64,000 bases of DNA from Thermoanaerobaculia bacterium (GTDB lineage Bacteria; Acidobacteriota; Thermoanaerobaculia; UBA5066), in NCBI GenBank assembly GCA_963719225.1, contig CAVRAY010000001.1:2976001-3040000 (forward strand), in the 5' to 3' direction. Positions 59,416 through 64,000 of the stretch are shown one piece after another. Every line of letters begins with the position of its first letter. Position 1 is the first letter of the stretch. Below the pieces are notes generated by a model. It ran no database searches, was not told where the DNA came from, and saw nothing but the letters and a program-made list of their open reading frames with translations. The position numbers and the translations under genes are program-made.

Positions 59416-60774
59416 GTGACTCCCCTTTTCGTCGAGAACGCGCTCGTCATCGGCATGACCTCGCCCTCGGACGTGACGCCCGGCGGGCACGTGCTCGTCG
59501 AGGACGGCGTGATCACGGCTCTCCATGGCGACGCGGAGCGCCGTGGGCGAGAGATGATTTCCGCGGGACGGCCCCTCGAGCGCGTGGATGCACGAGGCCT
59601 CTGGCTCCTGCCGGGATTCGTCCAGACGCACGTCCACCTTTGCCAGACGCTCCTCCGGAACGGTCCCGACGACCTGCCTCTCCTCCCGTGGCTGAGGACG
59701 CACGTGTGGCCGGGCGAGGCGGCGCACGACGAGGCGTCTCTCGAGGTCTCGGCGAGGCTCGGCCTCGCGGAGCTCGCCGCGGGCGGCACGACGTCGGTCC
59801 TCGACATGGGCACGGTGCGGCACACGGACGCCGTATTCCGCGCCGCGGAAGTCTCGGGTCTCCGCGTCACGAGCGGGAACGTGCTCATGGACGACCCGGC
59901 GACGAACCCCGAGGACCTGCGCGCCGGCACGGAAGAATCTCTCGAGGAGACGGAGCGCCTCGCGAAGAGGTGGCACGGCGCCGCCGACGGGCGGCTGCGC
60001 GTCGCGTATTGCCCCCGCTTCGCCGTCTCGTGCACGGACCGGCTCCTCAGGGCCGTCGCCGCGCGCGCGCGGGCGCACGGCTTCCTCGTGCACACGCACG
60101 CTTCAGAGAACCTCGAGGAGATCGCGCTGGTCCTCGAGAGGACCGGGAAGCGCAACGTGACGTATCTCGACGAAGTCGGGATCTCCGGAGCCCACGTCGT
60201 CCTCGCGCACGTCATCCACGCGGACCGCGAAGAACGTGCGCTCCTCGCCGCGCGCGGCACGGCGGTCGCGCATTGTCCGTCCTCGAACCTGAAGCTCGCC
60301 TCCGGCATCTGTGAAGTGCCGGAGTACCTCTCGCTCGGCATCAAGGTGACGATCGGGGCGGACGGCGCTCCGTGCAACGACCGGCTCGACGCGTTCACGG
60401 AGATGCGCCTCGCCGCGCTGCTCCCGAAGATCCGTGTCGGGCCCGCCGCGCTGTCGGCCTGGGACGTCGTCCGGATGGCCACGGCCGAAGGGGCTTCGGC
60501 TCTCGGCCTCGCCGCGGGCACGCTCGAGGCCGGCCGGCGGGCCGATCTGCTGCTCCTGGACCCGGGCTCGGGCTTCGCGGAGCCCACGACCTGGCGCGGC
60601 GACCCGTACGGGCCTATCGTCTACAGCATGGACCGGTCGCACGTCGTCGCGACGTTCGTGGACGGGATTTCACGTTACCGGCGCGGGGCGCCGTTTCCCT
60701 TGAAGCCTTCATCCGCGGAAATCGAGGCCGCCGTCGCGGCCCTGAAGCGGCGCCGGGTCGAACACGAGAGGTGA
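59416..60774 (+). CDS. Amidohydrolase (5'-deoxyadenosine/MTA-SAH deaminase family)
   Basis: PGFVQTHVHLCQT, HTHASE, LAH, HCPSSNLKLASG, GADGAPCN. Confidence 0.88.
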   Translation: MTPLFVENALVIGMTSPSDVTPGGHVLVEDGVITALHGDAERRGREMISAGRPLERVDARGLWLLPGFVQTHVHLCQTLLRNGPDDLPLLPWLRTHVWPGEAAHDEASLEVSARLGLAELAAGGTTSVLDMGTVRHTDAVFRAAEVSGLRVTSGNVLMDDPATNPEDLRAGTEESLEETERLAKRWHGAADGRLRVAYCPRFAVSCTDRLLRAVAARARAHGFLVHTHASENLEEIALVLERTGKRNVTYLDEVGISGAHVVLAHVIHADREERALLAARGTAVAHCPSSNLKLASGICEVPEYLSLGIKVTIGADGAPCNDRLDAFTEMRLAALLPKIRVGPAALSAWDVVRMATAEGASALGLAAGTLEAGRRADLLLLDPGSGFAEPTTWRGDPYGPIVYSMDRSHVVATFVDGISRYRRGAPFPLKPSSAEIEAAVAALKRRRVEHER

Positions 60775-60778
60775 GCGC

Positions 60779-61243
60779 ATGCCGAAGAAAACCGCTCCGT
60801 TCCTCAAGAACATCCTCGTCGGGACGGATTTCTCCGTTTGCGCCGCGCGAGCTTTTTCGTTCGCGGTGTCCCTCGCCGCTTCGCAAGGCGCGAAGATTCA
60901 CCTCGTGCACGTGCTCGTCGAGCCCGTGCAGGCTTTCGACGTCGCGGGCGCGCTTCCCTATCTCGACGTCACGACGCAGAAGGAATGGGAAGACGCCACG
61001 AAAAAACGTCTCGCGGCAGCCGTGGCCTCCGCCGTCAAGCGCGGCGTCGACGCCACGTCGGAGTTCCTGTGGGGCCGTCCCTCGGACGCGATCGTCGACT
61101 CGGCCGTCAAGTCGAAGGCGTCACTCGTCGTCCTCGGCACGCACGGCCGCAACGCCTTCGAGAAGCTCCTCATCGGCTCCACGGCCGAGCGCGTCGTGCG
61201 CCTTTGCCCCGTGCCCGTCCTGACGGTCCGCGAGAAGCGCTGA
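60779..61243 (+). CDS. Universal stress protein
   Basis: ILVGTDFS, LVVLGTHGR, LIGSTAERVVR..PVPVLTV. Confidence 0.93.
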   Translation: MPKKTAPFLKNILVGTDFSVCAARAFSFAVSLAASQGAKIHLVHVLVEPVQAFDVAGALPYLDVTTQKEWEDATKKRLAAAVASAVKRGVDATSEFLWGRPSDAIVDSAVKSKASLVVLGTHGRNAFEKLLIGSTAERVVRLCPVPVLTVREKR

Positions 61244-61261
61244 ACCCCGGATTCGCGGCGT

Positions 61262-61840
61262 TCACCCGTTCGGGACGTGCCAGAGGTCCTTCACGGCGGG
61301 ATGGTCCCAGGGGATGCGCCACTCGTCGGGGTCCTTTGCGTCGAACGTGCGCGTCACGATGTAGAACAGCGCGCACGGATTCGTGAGCGGCCTGTAACCG
61401 TGCGCGACACCTTCCGGGATGCGCACGAGGACGTCGTGTCCGTCGCCGGCCACGACGACCTGCGTCCTGCCGGCGGTCGGAGAATCCTTGCGAACGTCGA
61501 ACAGGACGAACTTCGCCTTCGACGGATGAGGGCAGAACCATACGTCCTGCTGCCTGAGGTGATAGTGAAGGCCCTTGACGTGGTTCTCGGCGTTCACGAT
61601 CGTGAAGTTGATCTGGCCGACGGGTAGATCCCGAAAGAACTCGGCGAGGATTTCGCTGCCCGGATGGTCCGCCTGAGCGCGATAGACCTCCTGGAAGAAG
61701 CCGCGGTCGTCCACGTGTCGCGCAAGGCGATGGATCTTCACGCCCGCGAGGGGCGTCGGGGCGCCATACGTCTTGGCGGAAGACCGGAACTCGTCCGCGA
61801 TGTCGCCCGGCGCGAGGGCCGGCTTGTGAGAAACCGTCAT
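61262..61840 (-). CDS. dTDP-4-dehydrorhamnose 3,5-epimerase (RmlC-like cupin)
   Basis: DDRGFFQE, KGLHYH..Q, DVRKDSPT, IPEGVAHG. Start ATG 61840 with GGAG SD. Confidence 0.85.
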   Translation of the reverse strand: MTVSHKPALAPGDIADEFRSSAKTYGAPTPLAGVKIHRLARHVDDRGFFQEVYRAQADHPGSEILAEFFRDLPVGQINFTIVNAENHVKGLHYHLRQQDVWFCPHPSKAKFVLFDVRKDSPTAGRTQVVVAGDGHDVLVRIPEGVAHGYRPLTNPCALFYIVTRTFDAKDPDEWRIPWDHPAVKDLWHVPNG

Positions 61841-61929
61841 GCGTGCTCCCCGTAGCGACATTCTAAGCGGCCTCTGGTGTATCTTCCGCGAAACATTCCG
61901 GCGCCGCGCTGCGGACAGGAGGGCGAATC

Positions 61930-63384
61930 GTGCCTCAGAACCCGCTCTTTGCGACGAAGTCCATGGAACGCCTGATGGAAGAGATGAAGGGAGAGAACCG
62001 GCTCCGCCGGGTGCTCGGTCCCGTCGCTCTCACGGCCCTCGGCGTCGGTGCCATCATCGGGACCGGAATCTTCGTCTTGACCGGTGTCGCCGCGCACGAC
62101 AAGGCGGGACCCGGGCTCATCCTCTCGTTCGTCCTCGCCGGATTTGCCTGCGCCTGCGCGGGGCTCTGCTACGCGGAGTTTGCGTCGATGATTCCCGTCG
62201 CCGGCTCCGCTTACACGTACGCGTACGCCACGCTCGGCGAGTTTCTCGCCTGGATCATCGGGTGGGACCTCGTCCTCGAGTACGCGATGGGCTCGGCCAC
62301 CGTCGCAAACGGCTGGTCGTCGCATTTCATCGAGCTCCTCGATCTCTTTGGCATCGCCGTGCCGCACGACTGGATCACGCCGCCGTTCTTCGCGGGAAAG
62401 GGAATCACGCCCGGCATCTTCAACCTGCCTGCCGCCCTCATCGCGGTTCTCGTCACGATCATCCTCGTGATCGGTATCCGCGAGTCCGCCCGCTTCAATG
62501 CGACGATGGTGTTCATCAAGCTCGCCGTCGTCCTCTTCGTGATCTTCGCCGGCATCCGGTACATCAAGCCCGAGAACTGGCACCCGTTCTTGCCGTTCGG
62601 CTGGGGAGGGGTCGCCGCGGGCGCCGCCACGATTTTCTTCGCCTACATCGGCTTCGATTCCATCTCGACGCACGCCGAAGAGGCGAAGAATCCGAAGCGC
62701 GACGTGCCGATCGGCATCCTCACGTCGCTCGGTGTCTGCACGCTCCTCTACATCGCGGTTGCCGCCGTCCTCACGGGAATGGTTCCTCTCGACCAGATCG
62801 CGATCAACGCGCCCGTCGCGGAGGCGTTCCGGAGCCAGGGGCTGAAGATCGCGGTCTTCTTCATCTCGACCGGCGCCGTCGCCGGCATCACGTCCGTGCT
62901 CCTCGTCATGATGTTGTCGCAGCCGCGCGTCCTCATGGCCATGGCCCGGGACGGCATGCTTCCGCCCGGTTTCTTCGGCGCCGTCCACCCGAAGTTCCGA
63001 ACTCCCTGGAAGTCCACGATCGCAACGGGTATGTTCGTCCTGGTCATGGCCGGTCTGTTCGGCATCGGCGCGCTCTCCGACATGGTCAACATCGGGACCC
63101 TCTTCGCCTTCGTCATCGTCTGCGCGGCGGTCATGATCATGCGCAGGACCCGTCCCGACGTGCCGCGGTCCTTCAAGACGCCGATTCTTCCGATCGTCGG
63201 GACTTGCGGAATCCTCGCGAACTTCGGCCTCATGCTGTCGCTCGGTTGGATCAATTGGGTGCGCCTCTTCATCTGGATGGCGATCGGCGTGTGCATCTAT
63301 TTCGGGTACAGCCGGACGCGGACCGTCCTCCACCTGGCGCGCCTCGAAGCGGCGAAAGGCGGAATCACGAACCCGCCGATGTAA
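61930..63384 (+). CDS. APC family amino acid permease
   Basis: GAIIGTGIF, YAEFASMIP.AGSAY.Y, FFAYIGFD, EEAKNP.RD.P. Confidence 0.95.
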   Translation: MPQNPLFATKSMERLMEEMKGENRLRRVLGPVALTALGVGAIIGTGIFVLTGVAAHDKAGPGLILSFVLAGFACACAGLCYAEFASMIPVAGSAYTYAYATLGEFLAWIIGWDLVLEYAMGSATVANGWSSHFIELLDLFGIAVPHDWITPPFFAGKGITPGIFNLPAALIAVLVTIILVIGIRESARFNATMVFIKLAVVLFVIFAGIRYIKPENWHPFLPFGWGGVAAGAATIFFAYIGFDSISTHAEEAKNPKRDVPIGILTSLGVCTLLYIAVAAVLTGMVPLDQIAINAPVAEAFRSQGLKIAVFFISTGAVAGITSVLLVMMLSQPRVLMAMARDGMLPPGFFGAVHPKFRTPWKSTIATGMFVLVMAGLFGIGALSDMVNIGTLFAFVIVCAAVMIMRRTRPDVPRSFKTPILPIVGTCGILANFGLMLSLGWINWVRLFIWMAIGVCIYFGYSRTRTVLHLARLEAAKGGITNPPM

Positions 63385-63389
63385 TCCGG

Positions 63390-64000
63390 ATGCCTTTCTT
63401 CCAGGATCCGCCCCGACTCGCGAACCAGTACGACGACGACCGGGTCCTGAGAGGGTTCCTCGCCCGGAAGCTTCCGAAGGAGACTCTTCGGGCCGTCGAA
63501 CCCTCGCTCCGCGAGATGGGCGCTCTCGCAGCCGGACCGCTTTACGACCTCCTCCTCGCCGAGCCGGACGCAATCCCGACGCTCACGGGGTGGGACGCGT
63601 GGGGCCGGCGGATCGACCGCATCGAGCCGACACGCCTCTGGAAGGAAGCGGCTCCGCTCGCGGCGCGGATGGGGCTCATCGCGCTCGCGTACGAGAGGCC
63701 GTGGGGTTCCCTCTCGCGCTTCCCGCAAATGGCGCTGGCGTACCTGCTCGAACCCTCCTCCGGCGTCTACAGCTGCCCGCTCGCAATGACGGACGGCGCC
63801 GCGCGGACGCTCGAGGTCTCCGGAAACCGCGTTCTCGAGGAGCGCGCCCTGCCGCGTCTGACGAGCCGCGATCCGGCACGCGCGTGGACCTCGGGTCAGT
63901 GGATGACGGAACGAACCGGCGGCTCGGACGTGGGCATTTCGGAGACGGTCGCGAAGAAGACGCCCGAGGGATGGCGGCTCTTCGGTACGAAGTGGTTCAC
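63390..64000 (+). CDS. Acyl-CoA dehydrogenase family protein (AidB/ACAD11-like), partial
   Basis: Translated by hand from ATG 63390: MPFFQDPP.LANQY...DAWGRRID...SCPLAMTDGAA...SGQWMTERTGGSDV...GTKWF; runs off the window end. Confidence 0.88.
   Translation, partial: MPFFQDPPRLANQYDDDRVLRGFLARKLPKETLRAVEPSLREMGALAAGPLYDLLLAEPDAIPTLTGWDAWGRRIDRIEPTRLWKEAAPLAARMGLIALAYERPWGSLSRFPQMALAYLLEPSSGVYSCPLAMTDGAARTLEVSGNRVLEERALPRLTSRDPARAWTSGQWMTERTGGSDVGISETVAKKTPEGWRLFGTKWF

Overview
High-GC (about 68-70% by eye), densely coding bacterial chromosome segment. Gene content and style suggest an Acidobacteriota-like organism (inference only). Bases 1-12 kb hold an envelope glycosylation cluster: GT4 and GT2 enzymes, three GT-C-like membrane proteins, a methyltransferase-GT2 fusion, two methyltransferases and an SGNH protein. 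The rest is mostly core genes: groEL-groES with a CIRCE element, a DegT aminotransferase, rsmB-fmt, two HU genes, ftsK-uppP-rsmA, trxA, a MoxR/DUF58/Bat operon, a diguanylate cyclase, lat, mtgA, glgA, suhB, ndh, pyrR-pyrB-pyrC, queA, glnA, ada-alkA/ogt and others. I saw no rRNA, tRNA, CRISPR array or transposase. The most striking unexplained signal is a dispersed AT-rich DNA motif, CC(T)TTCTAAG(A/C)A with palindromic core TTCTWAGAA. It has 11 exact and several degenerate copies inside unrelated genes, in different frames and on both strands. Copies often form inverted pairs of fixed polarity 55-240 bp apart and coincide with purine-skewed tracts and peptide insertions. Other highlights: a three-gene family of unknown secreted paralogues (41.9-44.3 kb), two probable CTG start codons, frequent leaderless-type promoters and a palindromic back-to-back -10 element.
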